The notes beneath the pieces were generated by a model, which had not been told where the DNA came from, searched no databases, and saw only the letters and a program-made list of their open reading frames with translations. This document shows, piece by piece, positions 1 to 14,713 of a stretch of DNA of 64,000 nucleotides. Source of the DNA: Octopus vulgaris (taxonomy: Eukaryota); assembly GCA_951406725.2 (NCBI GenBank), contig OX597823.1:75950001-76014000 (forward strand). Reading direction: 5' to 3'. Numbering within the stretch: the first letter of the stretch is position 1; each line of letters starts with the position of its first letter. The position numbers were made by a program, and so were the translations under genes.

Positions 1-405
1 GCAGAAATAAGTCACAGTATTCGACATTTTACTGAGGGAAAGTCTCTGAAAAAATCTTTGAAGAGAGTTGAGTAGATTAATCACATACTTCTTTCACTAT
101 TTTATCGCAGTTTTGTTTGCCGAACAAATTCCTGTGAGCTTTGGCTGTTATTTCTAGCATGTGATTGCCTGCTTGAAAGACGTAGAATCGCGAAGGGAGG
201 GGTTGGGGTAATTTTTTTTTTTTTATGAAAAAGTGAAATCTTACAAACTTTCTTTTTCTTTTTTGCAGTATCATAATCTAATCTCCATAGCCGAAAACGT
301 AGGTTTCCGTATTTTTTTAAGCTAGGGAGAATTTGGGTTAGGTCTCAGTCATGTTCACCAAGTATTTATTATTGCATGAGCAACTTCAGAAGCCACCGCA
401 CGCCA

Positions 406-441
<36 letters not shown>

Positions 442-447
<6 letters not shown>

Positions 448-690
448 AATTAAGGACTGAACACGAAAAAGTGGACAGTCAACATGCTAGATATAGACGT
501 CAAATCGCCATTCTCCACAAAGATTATGTTCTCAAATAAAATAAAATTCAGCACAGATAGATAGATAGACAGGCTGTGCTGAATTTTATTTTATTTGAGA
601 ACATAATCTTTGTGGAGAATGGCGATTTGACGTCTATATCTAGCATGTTGACTATCCACTTTTTCGTGTTCAGTCCTTAATTGGTATATA
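442..690. repeat. Inverted repeat with ~115-bp arms (1 mismatch seen) and a (GATA) spacer
   Basis: 442-556 versus 574-690. Related sequence occurs at about 43995-44245. Confidence 0.9.
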
Positions 691-928
691 TAAATATTTT
701 AATCTTCGGATTCTTTTTAATATGCTAGACCACTGGTTTTAATTGACTAATATCAATTTTTACCTTTAATTAATTTTTAATTTTTTATATATATATATAT
801 ATATATAAAGTTAATCCAAACAAGAAAGCACAAAAAAACACACAACAACGCGAGTGCGAGGAACAAATATAGTATTATTGGACGCTCAGGAAAGAAGGAA
901 AGAAGGAAAGGACACATACACATACAGT

Positions 929-1028
<100 letters not shown>

Positions 1029-3334
1029 TACACACCTCACTGACTTTAAGGTTGTACACGACTTGAAACTACCATTGATAAATTTGGTTGAGATTTTGTC
1101 TCATCATTTCAGTTTTACACAATACACATCCACTCACCTCCGTTTTAGCATCGTTGCAGCACCTCGAAACCTTGCCTTCACTGCACTAACTTGAGGCAAT
1201 CTGCTCTGGGGTTTTTTCTTTGCCAGGGAGGATAATGGGCTTGCGCTTTTTCTATCTTTTTTTTAGCTGCTGGCATCTAAAAGAAAGTGAGGTAGAGAAT
1301 GATTTGATGAAAACGTGATAATAATTTCTGCACAATTATACAAATACTCTGAAGAAAATCCCCACTAGGATGGCTTGAGGTATGTCTTTTAAGCTTTATG
1401 TGTTCCTAGTCTCCAGGTTAATCACTTGTAGATTTTCTGATACATTTCCTGAAACAAAACGCAGGTGATATTTTATGAAAATATTGTGAGTAAGGGTCGT
1501 TTTCGATTAAGTCGACACCATTGCACTACTTATGCTATACACCCCGAAAGGAGGAAAATCAAAGTCGACCCAGGCAGTATTTGAACACACAACCTAAGGA
1601 CGTACGAAAGACCACAAGGCATTTTGCCCGGCGTGTAAACGATTTCAGTAATATTTGCCATTACTGTGAATAGATATACGCAATAATTTCGCATACCATA
1701 TGATCCATATTTTTGGAGATTTAGTTGTGTTCATTTTATATAACAGAACGTTGCGAAAGACTTGTGGTGGTTGCCACGCTGGGTCTAGCTGAAAACACCC
1801 GCATTCTTTATCCTTCAAGCAATATAATCTATCTCTATTTCATTAGTTTGAGAGAAAAAATTGGATGAGTGCTACCAAGAAATACGATATTTTAGACTCT
1901 GAGTGAGGGAGGACACGATATTCTATATCAAACAAACCTATGGCCACAACCATCACCTTCACTATCATCTCTTTCTTTTTCTATTTTCGTCATGATACAT
2001 ATATCATTTACTCACTCCGCTAATATTATATGTCAGAGAGAAAGAGAAAGATAGAGAGAGAGGGAGGGAGGTAGGGAGGAAGTAACAACAGACAAATAGA
2101 ATGATAAGCAGACTGAGAAGCGGAAAATTCAGAAATATTGACGTCACACAAAATATATAGGGAGGACAATCGGTATCGATGTAGTCTTTCTCATTCTCAA
2201 TATATCTTCTCTCTAGTTATATACCTCTCTAAATGTATGTTCTTTGTTCTCGGTCTCTCCTTTTCCAACATTTTTCGAGGGAAGAGACTGGAAGATAAAG
2301 AAAGGGGGAGAGATGAATTCAAATGTTCGATTTCAAATTTCTCTCTTCCTACGTGTATATTCTTCAGAGAAATGTGTTACTAAATCAGCTTTCATATGAA
2401 TTGGCGAACAATTTTACAGGTGGTTTGTTAATGTGCATTTTTGGACAAAGGGACTACATATCATTCGGTCTTTAGTTGTTTGTATTCTTCATCTATGTAT
2501 GTGAATGTTTTTGTGTGTACATACACAAATACATAAATATTAATAGTTTACTGATTATATTTACAATTCTATGCTATCAATTATTACTTATTCTGATATG
2601 TTGTTTTAACTGAGTTTCATTTCAATTCATTCTACAGAATCTGTGTTATATAGTTTGTTATTTTCTTCGTTCTTTCATGTAATTATTTCTTCTCCTTCAT
2701 CCTAAATTAATTTATACAAAATTACTTGCTTTCTTTTATTTTTATAAATAATCTACCATGAATACATTCTTTCATTCATAAACTTGTTTAATATTTGTGT
2801 GTTAATTATCTCTGTTTATATACTTATTCATCCGGTTATCTTTAAGCTTATATGTTTATTTATAAACATCTGGTAAATGTATTGAAAGCAAGCAATATAT
2901 TATTTATATGAAAAATTTCATTATATTTTAATTGCAGCATTCAATATTTTTTTAAGAATACAAATATAGTTTTCAAACATCCATTTCTGTGTATAAAGTC
3001 ATACATTTGTCACACGTACATAAATAAATACACATATCTGTAAATGTACATAAGTGGATACATATATAATATGCAAAAATTAATATGCAATTACACATAT
3101 CCATCAACAAAATATGTGTGTGTATATATAGGTATAAATATATACACACACATCTATATATATATATGTAGGAAAAATTACCATACATACATATGCATAC
3201 AGGTATACATGTATAGATATAGATATGTATGTATGTGTGTTTGTACATATATGGATGTACGTATATATTTATAAATATATATATATATATGTATGTATAT
3301 ATGTAACTCCGTGTGAATCATTGGCGATTTTCTT

Positions 3335-3484
3335 CCGCGGCCCCGGGACTTATTCTTTGTAAACCCAGTACTTATTGTATCGGTCTCTTTTGCAGAACCG
3401 CTAAGTGACGGGGACATAAACACACCAGTATCGGTTGTCAAGCAATGCTAGAGGGACAAACACAGACACACACAAACACACATG

Positions 3485-3526
<42 letters not shown>

Positions 3527-3689
3527 TACGACGGGCTTCTTTCAGTTTCCGTCTACCAAATCTACTCACAAGGCTTTGGTCGGCCCGAAGCTATAGTAGA
3601 AGACACTTACCCAAGGTGTCACGCAGTGGGACTGAACCCGGAACCATGTGGTTGGTAAGCAAGCTATTTACCACACAGCCACTTCTGCG

Positions 3690-3692
<3 letters not shown>
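3335..3692 (-). mobile_element. tRNA-derived SINE family B with internal microsatellite
   Basis: Minus strand AGGCGCAGAAGTGGCTGTGTGGTAA...GGTTCCGGGTTCAGTCCC...CCTTGGGTAAGTGTCTT, then internal (TA)/(TG), then a conserved 3' half. Confidence 0.85.
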
Positions 3693-3739
<47 letters not shown>

Positions 3740-4102
3740 TACATATATATGTATATATGTATATGTATGTATGTATGCGTAGGTGTGTGTATATATGTGT
3801 CTTCATTTATGTCTCATTTTATATACACAAAATGACTCTGGTTAATTTATTATAAATATTATCTTCGTCAGCATCCATATTATAATTCTAATGATTACCA
3901 AAATATTATTTATCTAGATCAATGCAGAAATTATTTTCAGTTGTAATTTATATCTTCAGCTTCATCTCCACAGATATCACCATTTATCGTTATATTTTTC
4001 CCGTCTAAAATGAAAAATTCCAATATCCTTCTCATCTATTTCCCATTTCGTTTTTCTTCATACGATATATGAACGTTCACTCGTTTCTCAAAGTATCTCA
4101 TC

Positions 4103-4695
4103 TAATGGGATGGCAACTAATTTTCCGCCGTTGTTTTAAATTTCGGAATTTATTGCGTTTTTAAATTTCGGAACCTATTTTGTTTTTTTAGAATTCTATT
4201 TTTGAATCATTTTGGAATGTATTTTGTTGTTTTTTTTTCTGGTAAATTTTAATTAATTTTTGTTTATTTTCTGATCATTAAAATGGAATGTCATGTTAAG
4301 AAAAACGAGCATTTTCGACACCTCTTTCTTTATACTTTTATTAATGGTTCTAATGCCGCAAAAGCTACTCGTGACATTTGTGCTATATATGGAGAGGGTG
4401 CCATAGCTGAAAGAGCCGTTCGAGATTGGCATGCCAAGTTCAAAAATGGAAATTTTGACCTCAAAGACACACCTTGTTCTGGTCGTCCAGTTGAGCGAAT
4501 AAGCCAAATTTTGCAAGAAAATTCTCGTCAAAGGACATGGGAAATGGCAAAGAAAATGCAATGCTCCCACACTGCTATAGAGAAGCATCTTCACACGATG
4601 GGAAATGTTCGGATGAATGGAGTATGGGTTCTGTATGCTTTAAGCGGCAACAACAACAATCAACGAGCCACAATCTCCGCTAGTTTGCTTGCAAA
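4103..4695 (+). mobile_element. Mariner transposon 5' fragment (TIR-like end plus N-terminal HTH of transposase)
   Basis: ORF from 4283: HFRHLFLYTF...AAKATRDICAIYGEGAI..R.VRDW.AKFKNGNFDLKDTPCSGRP, and a WVPHEL-like GVWVLYAL. TIR-like TAATGGGATGGCAACTAA at 4103. Confidence 0.85.
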
Positions 4696-4714
4696 TATCT
4701 TACGAAAGAAATAT

Positions 4715-4921
4715 ATTCTTTTTTACTCTAGGCACAAGGCCTGGAATTTTCGGGGAAGGTGCTAATCGATTAGATCGACCCAAGTACGCAACTGGTACTT
4801 AATTTATCAACACCTGAAAGGATGAGAGGCAAAGTCGACCTCGTTGGAATTTCAACTCAGAACGTCAAGAGAGACGAAGCGTTTCGCCCTACGTCGTAAC
4901 GTTACTGCCAGCTCCCCGCCC
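4715..4921 (-). mobile_element. Family-A SINE at the end of the mariner fragment
   Basis: Homologous to 11028-11259. TSD-like TACGWAAGAAATA on both sides. Confidence 0.8.
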
Positions 4922-5439
4922 TACGTAAGAAATACATTGCAAGTTAAGTGATTGAATGTCTGAGATGCGATTTGATTAGGATTATAAGATTCCTGTTTGT
5001 TAATGTCGTCTCTAATGATCCATAAATTGCTTGGTGAATAAGATATACATCTACACTTAGTGTACAAATGAGCATTTTCACGTATAAGACAGATGATGGA
5101 GATTTGTAGCTTGTGTCATAATTTTCAGGGAAATATTGAATCGTTTATCATTGACTCGATTTCTTTTATGATTTGCATGAGACCTACTTGTATTGAAATA
5201 AATACCGAAAGATACCGAAAGCTTAATTCTTCTGAATTCCAAGAGATGCAGGCGACTGATGCTATAATCTTGTCTATGTAGATTTAAACAGATTATATTC
5301 TATTTTGCACTCCTCTGGCTGCTATTCTATTGCCAATAATTTTCTCGTGTTAGGAATTGAATGTAACACTGCTATGTAAAGAATAGTTTATCATTTACTC
5401 AGTACTTCCAGTGTGTTCTCTAAATAGTTATGCTATTTA

Positions 5440-5828
5440 GTGGAGGCGCAATGGCCCAGTGGTTAGGTCAGCGGACTCGCGGTCGTAGGAACGATGTTTC
5501 GATTCCCAGACCGGGCGTTGTGTGTGATTATTGAGCGAAAACACCTAAAGCTCCACGAGGCTCCGGCAGGGGATGGTGGTGATCCCTGCCTACTCTTTCA
5601 CCACAACTTTCTCTCACTCTTACTTCCTGTTTCTGTTGTACCTGTATTTCAAAGGGCCGGCCTTGTCACTCTCTGTGTCACGCTGAATATCCCCGAGAAC
5701 TACATTAAGGGTACACTTGTCCGTGGAGTGCTCAGCCACTTACACGTTAATTACACGAGCAGGCTGTTCCGTTGATCGGATCAACCGGAACCCTCGTCGT
5801 CGTAACCGACGGAGTGCTTCCCCCCCCC
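5440..5828 (+). mobile_element. tRNA-derived SINE, full length, with 11-bp TSD
   Basis: A box TGGCCCAGTGG and B box GTTTCGATTCC. TSD TATGCTATTTA at 5429-5439 and 5829-5839. Confidence 0.88.
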
Positions 5829-6689
5829 TATGCTATTTAACTCTTGAAATTCAGGTGCTATCTGTTGGCGAAATTTGATTTTATACATTGCCTAAGCCAG
5901 GAATTGAATTACAGCATTGGCGACGGGATAGAAAACACTACAACATATGCTAGTTGAACAAGTATTACTTGAACTAGCAATCAATTTCTCTCCAGTATAA
6001 TGTTGTTTTAAATTTGATGGGTTTCTTTTGTGACAATTAGAGACGTATAAGAATATAACTTTCAATGCTGTGTTAGAAAAACTACTTCACAATCAGTCTA
6101 TGAAACAATAATATTCACAAATAAGTACTGCTTCTTAGATGCGGGGCCAAGTCATTACACATGGATATACAAACTTTCACTAGGTGGGTAAATATAATTT
6201 CCAGGAAAAACTTTATACATTCGCACACGCAAAATGGTCGCCGAAGACGAATATTTCGACATCATATATGTTAGATGAGATTCTGACACAACCATAATAT
6301 TTCGTATAACAGTTGGTAGAACATACTTTAGTAATCTTTTGTATACAACGTTAAAAAAACGCTTTTTTTCTGTAAGTATAATATGCGGAGTAAAAACATG
6401 CAAATATTACGACACTGCATGTTTATGAAACATATGATAAATGTATAAGATCTGTTGCGACTGAAGAGGAATGTTTTGAGAATGGTTTATAAAATAAGCA
6501 AAAACATCTGTATGAAAATATAAAAGCACATGATTTAAGAAATTGATTTTCTCTCGATAGTATTGCATGATATAGATGTTCCAAGCCTATTAATAACAAG
6601 TAGCTTGTAAAAGTTGATATTAAATGTTATAGAAGTTAGGCGAGGTTAACCAAGTTAGAGATCATGTTCAAGAAAAGTATTATTTTTTT

Positions 6690-7000
6690 AATGATGAAGA
6701 TGACGAAGATGATGACGATGCTCATGATCATTATTGTCATCATCAACAGCAGCAATGACATCGTCATCGTCATCCTCATCATCATAATCATCGTCATCAA
6801 CATTATTGCTATCATCATCATAATCATCGTCCTCCTCATTATCATCATCATCATCATTATCCACTTCTTTGTCATTCTGATCATCATTATCGCCATCATC
6901 ATGATTGTCCACCTCCTCCACATTATCATCATCGTCGTCATCATTATCACCATCATCATCATAATTATCATCATCATCATTGTCATCATCGCCATCATCT
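6690..7000. repeat. Degenerate (ATC)n trinucleotide repeat
   Basis: Direct inspection. Confidence 0.9.
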
Positions 7001-9134
7001 AGATCAAATGGCGAATGCATTAATGGTTGTGTTTTGCCTGTGATATTAATATTGCACTTATCCTGTTCAGTGGGTTGGCAGAAGCAACAGGGTAACGTTG
7101 AAAGTGCTTTGCAGTACTTTGCCTGTATCTCTTTATATTCTCAGCTCAATTTTCGGCCATTTTTGGTTCATTTTGCTGTCAAAGACCAATAATATAAGTA
7201 CTGCTCAAGTATTTCGATTGATATAATTATCTGTACCCAGCAATCTCAATTTGTGGTCTTGAATCCATGCTCACATTTGACAGAGTCTTTAAAGTATTCT
7301 CGTCTCAAATGTTTGTGCGTGTGTGCGTGTGTGCGTGTGTGCGTGTATAATGTATTGGAGTGCTGTGAGAAGAACAAAATTTCGTGTAAGTGCATTCAAG
7401 TCAATTATACCTTATGAAATTACATAAAAAGAACTCATTTTGAAGGGGACTAAACTTAAAATATATAGACATGTCATGGAAAACTATACATAACAAACAG
7501 ATTTCGTTTTGATTTGAGACACAAAAACGATGTATTGATTTGTTGTAAAAATGATTGTAGGTCGGCTGGAATTTTTCGAATAAAGTTAAAATTAGAATCT
7601 AAGAAGCCGTATAAATTAGAATAGACTATATAAAATGGTGGAAGCCCTGCAAGTAGATTATTATTTATGAAAAGTTATACATAAAGGAGGTTATTAAAAG
7701 TTGGAAAATGTTATATCGGTATAAAGTCTCATCAAATGCTTGATACTCCTCAAATCATGTGCAATTTCGTAAAAACATAATAAAATAAAGAAAACTTCCC
7801 TGATGCTATATCAATCAAAATCAAATTTCTCTTTCCTATTCCAGACAGTGGCACGTTATGTTTAGATTCTGAAGATAGCCTCTGATCACACTGTCATAAT
7901 CATCTTAAATTTAATTTGTTTTCTTTTTAAGCTTATTTTCCACATTTAGATGTTATTTCTTTTCAATTTGCACTTCTGAAAATTTGAAGAGAAATCAATC
8001 TGCTTTCGAGCGAAGTTCATGACCTGATTTTACTTCTCGCTTTCAGTGATTCTACTTCTCCACCTCCGTACACGTGTAAATGTTCTTTTTGAAAATTAAG
8101 GAAGGATTCTCGTCGACTGAATTACTAGTCACATATGAAGAAGCTCTGCTACTTCTCCCTAGCAGCTGTATAAAATGTATGATGGAATTTAACTCTATCC
8201 TATTCAGAAATACAATAAAATACATACGGGGAGTTTGAACAAAAACAAAAAGAAAATCAAGAACTTATCTTTACATAGAATCTATCCCATTTCTCAAGAT
8301 ATAGCATCCTTCTAATATAACTTGTGCAATTACCAAGATAAATGTCTCTCCCTAAAAAGACTGGTGAAACCTTATAAATAAGGTTAGTAAAACATGTACG
8401 TTTTCTATGATTTACTTATTCCTTTATAACCAGATGTCGTCGATTACATTTATTCTTCTTCCATATAACAAAGCGTGGACAATTACCAAAATAATGCTTC
8501 CTTTTAACAAGATGAGGGCATTTACTAAGATATTGCTTCGATAATGGCAAGGGAAGGGCAATTACCATGTTTCTAGTTTCTTGTTGAAAAATTCGGTCAA
8601 GCACATGATATCAATTTCTTTTAGCAAGACAAGAACAATTTACCAAGATAAGACATTCTCTTAGCAAGACAAGAACAATTACGATTCTATTGCATCTTTG
8701 TAGCCATATTTGAGGAATGTTATGTTTCTCTTTAAAGGAGACAATACAATTGAAATCAGAAATATTATAGGTAAAATTGGTAGAGTTTGAAGGCTCTGAT
8801 TATTAAGAACAAAGCTTTATTTATATAAGTAGTTGCTTAAAAATTATATATTTATGTCTATAATTTTCTAACAGAATGGACATATTGCTGATGATTTGCA
8901 TTGGAATTAATCAGTTGAGAAACATGCAGTGTTGATAAACTGTTCGTGTATAAATGTAGGTCAGAAGGGTAGGGAAACATGCATTAATTTGCTTGTTAGA
9001 AATACCTGCTGAAACCTTGACCACATCCATTTTGTTCTTAACATATATGACGTTCATAAAATAAGTACTATCTCGTAAACTAAATACAGGATGAATGCTT
9101 AGAAAGCAGTCGATAAGACAATACCTCTCCATGA

Positions 9135-9905
9135 CTTGTTTCTTTCTGGGCTAGTGGCGTACATTGACTGGTAATATGCCATACAGTTTCCCTATAATGT
9201 CTATTCTGCACTTGTCACTTCCTGATGTCTTGTCTATTCTGTATTTCATGTTATTCGTTCTTAGTGCTTGCTCTTGGGAAGCACAGACTAGAACCTCCGT
9301 TTCCATAGCCATTTTATTTCACTGTCTGTCTTATCGTCAATATCCCTATGAATTTGTCCATGCATTCTATTCTTTATACACCTATTTGCAGCTTGATTCT
9401 CAAGCCTGGTCTTCTTACTTTCAATAATAGTGGGTCTCTGGCATCTTTTATATACCAAGTTATGTTGTTTTCTCCTCCTCTTATGCTGCGTTCACATCCA
9501 ATCAGACTTCTTCCCTTCGTTTTCGTGGTACATGCAGTGTGTCTGTGTCAAATTTCTCTATCCTTCCTTTTCCATGACCACTCGAAAATGTAAACGTCCT
9601 TTACATTGTAAAAACATTACAGTTTTCCCTGATCGGACATACAAATGAACATCTCTAAAAAATTTAGAAAATTTGATATCTATTTAATATCTACAATTTT
9701 GTGGGAAACATTTATCTTACATTTTCCCCTTACCTCTCCATTAAATGCTCAATAAAAAACCCAAAATAGTGGAGGTAAGCACCTGCCAATATATACAAAC
9801 TACACAATTACAAAATCTGTAAAACACCAAACGTATAAAAAGAAACGTAAAATTTCAACGGAAAAAAAGGAATTCAGGAATTCAAAAATCAACGATTTGA
9901 AACTC

Positions 9906-9988
<83 letters not shown>

Positions 9989-10540
9989 ATATTTATATTC
10001 ATATAATTACTTGTTCTATCAGCAATTAAAACTAGAACGATGTAGGGGTAATCTTGCTACTCCTGCGTTTGGGTGGAGTCTTCCATTCATATTGAATTCC
10101 TTCCTAGTTCTTCTGTCTAGCTTTGCTAATTTAATTTTTGCTCGATCTACAAAAGCTGATGAGTATCTAAGCAATGATACTGCCCATGTATTTACACCCT
10201 TCACTAGATTCAGACCATTTAACTTTGACTTCATTGGATTCCACATCCTTCTGATATACACCTTCTGAATTTTCGTTTTCATTTCTGTTATTAGTACTCT
10301 GTCAGATTCTAATACTCACAGATACTTATAACTCTCTCCTCCATTCAACGATTTTAATGTATGGTCATCTGGTAATTGAATGCCTTCGCTGTTACTACCT
10401 GTCTCCTTCTCACGACTAACATTGCACACTTTTCTATGCCAAATTCCATGCTTATATCTTTGCCGAAGTGACTCACAGTCTGTATTAAGGAATTTATATA
10501 TTTTTCATTCTAACTATAAAGGTTCAGATGATCCATGTTA
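9135..10540 (-). mobile_element. R4/Dong-type (RLE) non-LTR retrotransposon remnant, interrupted at about 9590-10020
   Basis: SMEFG, YKYL, KSKLNGLNLVKGVNTWAVSLLRYS, LDRRTRK...LHP, then ETEVLVCASQEQALRTN..KYRIDKT..SDKCR...LAQKE. Adjoins a (TTA/TTG)n tract. Confidence 0.8.
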
Positions 10541-10987
10541 ATGTTGTTTATATTATTGTTGTTGTTATATTCTTGTTGTTGTTGTTGTTATTATTATCAT
10601 TAATTTTATTGTTAATTATTATTATTAAAGCCCAAAATACTTATTTATAAAACGTGAAAAATCACTTGTAAACCTCTTTTTCGCTCATGGCAGCTTCCTT
10701 ATAAGCACCTTGAAACAACACAACCATTTCGGCCGCTGTTCCCCAAGCAGAAAACAGAATTCACGGAAGCTCGTTGTTCCTTCACTTCATCCATCACAAG
10801 AACCGACGAACGGAGGAAAAGCACTGCAAAACAAAGATGCACCAGATGGCAGTTCGACTGCATTGCAAGAAGCAGGTCGGCGGACTGATGCTGGAGGGTA
10901 TCATCAAGTGGCTTGTAACGGTGGAAAACAGACTACATCGGTGTTGTCCTACCGAGAATGTTTCCGGTTACATTTGGGATCCTCCTC

Positions 10988-11027
<40 letters not shown>

Positions 11028-11031
<4 letters not shown>

Positions 11032-11259
11032 CTTTACTACCCACAAGGGGCTAAACATAGAGGGGACAAACAAGGACAGACAAAGGGATTAAGTCGATTA
11101 CATCGACCCCAGTGCGTAACTGGTACTTAATTTATCGACCCCGGAAGGATGAAAGGCAAAGTCGACCTCGGCGGAATTTGAACCCAGAACACGTAACGGC
11201 AGACGAAATACGGCTACGCATTTCGCCCGGCGTGCTAACGGTTCTGCCAGCTCGCCGCC
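11028..11259 (-). mobile_element. Family-A SINE
   Basis: Reverse complement of the 17547 unit, inserted in (TA)n. Confidence 0.88.
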
Positions 11260-11263
11260 ATTC

Positions 11264-11307
<44 letters not shown>

Positions 11308-11317
11308 CCAGTTTAGC

Positions 11318-11406
<89 letters not shown>

Positions 11407-11809
11407 CATGTATGTATATCCGTATGTATATATTATAAGAGTGTATGAAATATTTTATACACAGAGAGGAGACCTTTGACCGGAATCCTTACATGCTAGA
11501 AAGGGAAGTTAAAATGTAAACCACGAAGAAAAAAACGAATTCGTGAAACACGCTGTTATAACACTAGAAAGGTAAAAAAAAAACACATGAAGCAGTTATT
11601 GCCCGAGCTCGAGTTTCACTATTAATTGCCAAATTAACTAATTTGGAATCTATAGATCATCAACAAGATCGCTAATTAATAAATAATAAATAGTTGCAAA
11701 TACGTACCGAAAACCAGTGCGCAAGACACTTACATCTTTATCCATTATGGACTAGGACTAAGTGCGCGAGCGCAAGCATACAGTCCAGCAGTAAATAAAC
11801 AATTTCAGA

Positions 11810-11993
11810 CCGTTAGCTCTTACATGCATTTTTTTCTCTCCTTGTTTCATTTCTGTGTATCTTTCTGTCGAAGAGCGTAGGCTCGAAACATTAAAGACTT
11901 GTTCTATTTCTATTCCTGAGCGCCAAACTAATACATTTGTTTCTTTGTACTCCACCTGACTTCGTCTTTTGTTTATTTTCGTAAACCTTCCCG

Positions 11994-11994
<1 letters not shown>
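11810..11994 (+). mobile_element. Solo 3' tail of the same PLE family, with hammerhead-like motif at 11860-11897
   Basis: Clear homology to 53130-53325. UCUUU-CUGUCGA-A-GAGC-guag-GCUC-GAAAC-AUU/AAAGA. Ends in CTTCCCGT followed by (TA)n. Confidence 0.75.
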
Positions 11995-12060
<66 letters not shown>

Positions 12061-12097
12061 ATATATATATACATACAAATATATACATATACACTCT

Positions 12098-12141
<44 letters not shown>

Positions 12142-13549
12142 ATCGTACATACATGCATATATATGCATCTAGTTTTAAAGCGTATTCTGCCTTCATTTAA
12201 CTCATTGTCAGAGTAAAATGCTGTGCTCTCATTTACTGACAACGACTAGGAATGTCGTCGTTGATCGACTTCCGAACTGTTAATGTCTCAAACTTTTGAG
12301 AGTCATAATCTTTGGAATCATATTGTCCAATGAATCAATATCGAAGGAACTCTTTGCTCATCCCATCAACAGCATGAAACTAAGCTATGTTAATGCGCTC
12401 TCGTAGCAACAAAAATGTCATTGCGCCCTTCATAACAAAGAAAGCTACACATGAAAAAAAAAACTTGCTAAAAGCCATTCCAAGATATCAGGTAATTGTA
12501 CCTTTCCTTATAAACTTTCATTTCATTTATATACTTATTTTTGTGTATTTCGTTGTAATAAAAATATTTAGAAAATAGCAATAATCATTGTAAAATTTCC
12601 TTTTCAACCATAAATGTTAACTAATTACAAAACATTTAAAACATTATTATTAACATTTAGCGCAGAGCTTTAATTTATAAAGCGATTTTTGAAATATTTT
12701 TCTTTCGTTCTGATTTTTTGTCAATGATTTGCACAGAAAGCCACGCTCACACAGACATACAGACCACAAACGCACAAACGCGCATGAATTTCACATATTC
12801 TGTGTTGATTAGTTCTGAAAGAATTTGATTTTCTCTCCCTCTCTCTCCCCCTCTCTCTCTCTCCACCGCTATCTCTCTCTCTCTCTCTCTACCCGTCCCT
12901 CTTTCTGTCACTTTTGCTGTGAGAATAATGAAAATTTCGAGAGGAAATTTTCTAAAAATTTACTGTAGTTCACACAAACATTATTACCTTTAATAACAGT
13001 AGCTATTAAGAAGAAAGAGGAAGAAATTTATTTAAACAAGGCTAATGGTGGAAGCTTTGCCAAAATAGGCAGTTTTCAGATAGCCTACAAAAATTAGAGT
13101 TGAAGCAAAAATAGGTTTTTAAAATGATACATACTTGTTAATTTGGCTATGCACTTTTACGGGCCACGCTTATAAATTGTCTAGGTTTTTATGCGAAATT
13201 TGAATCAACATACCAGTGTGGTGAAACATTTTATTAAATGTAATAACACGTCTGTCGCAGAGATTGTCAACACATGACTCAAATACGGACATTATATATA
13301 CAAGAAGCAAGATATGACTTCATCGTGCATTTTAATTTGAATACTGAGCCTTTTTTGCCATCACGATTGGAGGGTCCTATGCAACTGTCCCTCAGTTTTA
13401 CCACTGTGTAGGACTTAGTGTAACACTAAACGAAAGTAGATATATTCTAAGAAAAAGGTTGTTAAACAAATTCGAGTCGGATTCGACGTCAACGCATCTT
13501 AGCAGACAAAAAAGCTTGATTATGTACAGTATGCCTTGTTTATATATAA

Positions 13550-14713
13550 CTAGCAGCATAGCCGGCGTTGCCCGGGTATGTAAGAGCTCCTAGTAGGCAA
13601 CGACTAATCCCAACCTAGTCCTTTCCCTCTAGGGAACGAAGGCGCATGTGTAGGTTGTAATGTCTTCTCTTCACTCCCAAATAACTATCAAACAGCTATC
13701 GATAATTCAACCCAACCAATTCCTACCAGGAAGAAATTACATTCGAGACTTTACCCCCAACACCGCCACTTCTGCTAATAGCTGCTGCAGCCGCAAGTTA
13801 CTTGAATACTTTTTTTGTTTAAACTTTCTTTATAACTACCACCCCAAACGTTTAACCTTAAATTTTTGACGTACCCTAAGGGTCCTCGGACGCTACTTGC
13901 AAACTCTTGGTTTATTATAAACCGCTTTTTTCGTGTGCACCAAAATACCTTTTCCATTCGTCTGTTCAGTTTGGTAAAACTTTTCACATTTTCGTTGTTG
14001 TCACTCACATTGCTGCCCGCTTTTTTGTCGTTTTTGTACATTTTTATACATTTTGGGATACTTACCCGACGTGTCCCGAGAGTTAAAAAGGTCGAGTTGC
14101 GTCCCTTAGACAGTCTGTGGTTTGTGTTTAATACACAAATTGGTTTGCTATGTGTGCCACATATGATATAATTAACCGATTTTTTTCCAGTAATAAAGTA
14201 TCCTAGTGGAATAAAAAGGGTCATATAGCTCCTTGGTGCCAACATGATGCTCGCTGTGAATTTTTTTTAAATATCCTGCCAATTTGTGAAAGATATTGTC
14301 GAAACTTTTTTATCTTGAATTTGAACTCGATTTCCCAAAATGGCATGATTTTATCGATTTTTTCTGATGGTAAGGTATTGCATGGAAAACTAACGTCAGA
14401 ATTAAGTTTCTTAGGGTTACTTTAAGTTTCACCATCAGTTTGGTGAAAATCGATTGCAAGTTGCGAAAACTACAACAGAAAATGTGTTGCATATAAAAAG
14501 CTTAGATTCTCGACCTCATGTCGAATTTATCGACTTTTCAGAACTGGGGGGAACTTTTCAAAGTTTTCGCTGCGTTAGATTTGAATTATGACATTGGGCT
14601 ATGTGTGTGTCAAGTTTCATCAGAATCGGTTGAAACCGTGGTCAGGATGAGGGTCCAACCTGACAGACACACAGACACACAGACAGACAAACTGCCGTTT
14701 ATATATAGAGAGA
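13550..14713 (-). mobile_element. Non-autonomous Helitron
   Basis: On the minus strand it starts TC after A, and ends with the GC hairpin CCCGGGCAACGCCGG and CTAG before T. Confidence 0.75.

Noticed and set aside
5442-5515. tRNA-like sequences here and at other SINE heads
   Set aside because: A and B boxes continue into SINE bodies with TSDs, and there is no complete cloverleaf.
6636-7020. Asp-rich, Met-rich and Ile-rich ORFs
   Set aside because: Degenerate (ATC)n repeat open in several frames, with no support for splicing or homology.
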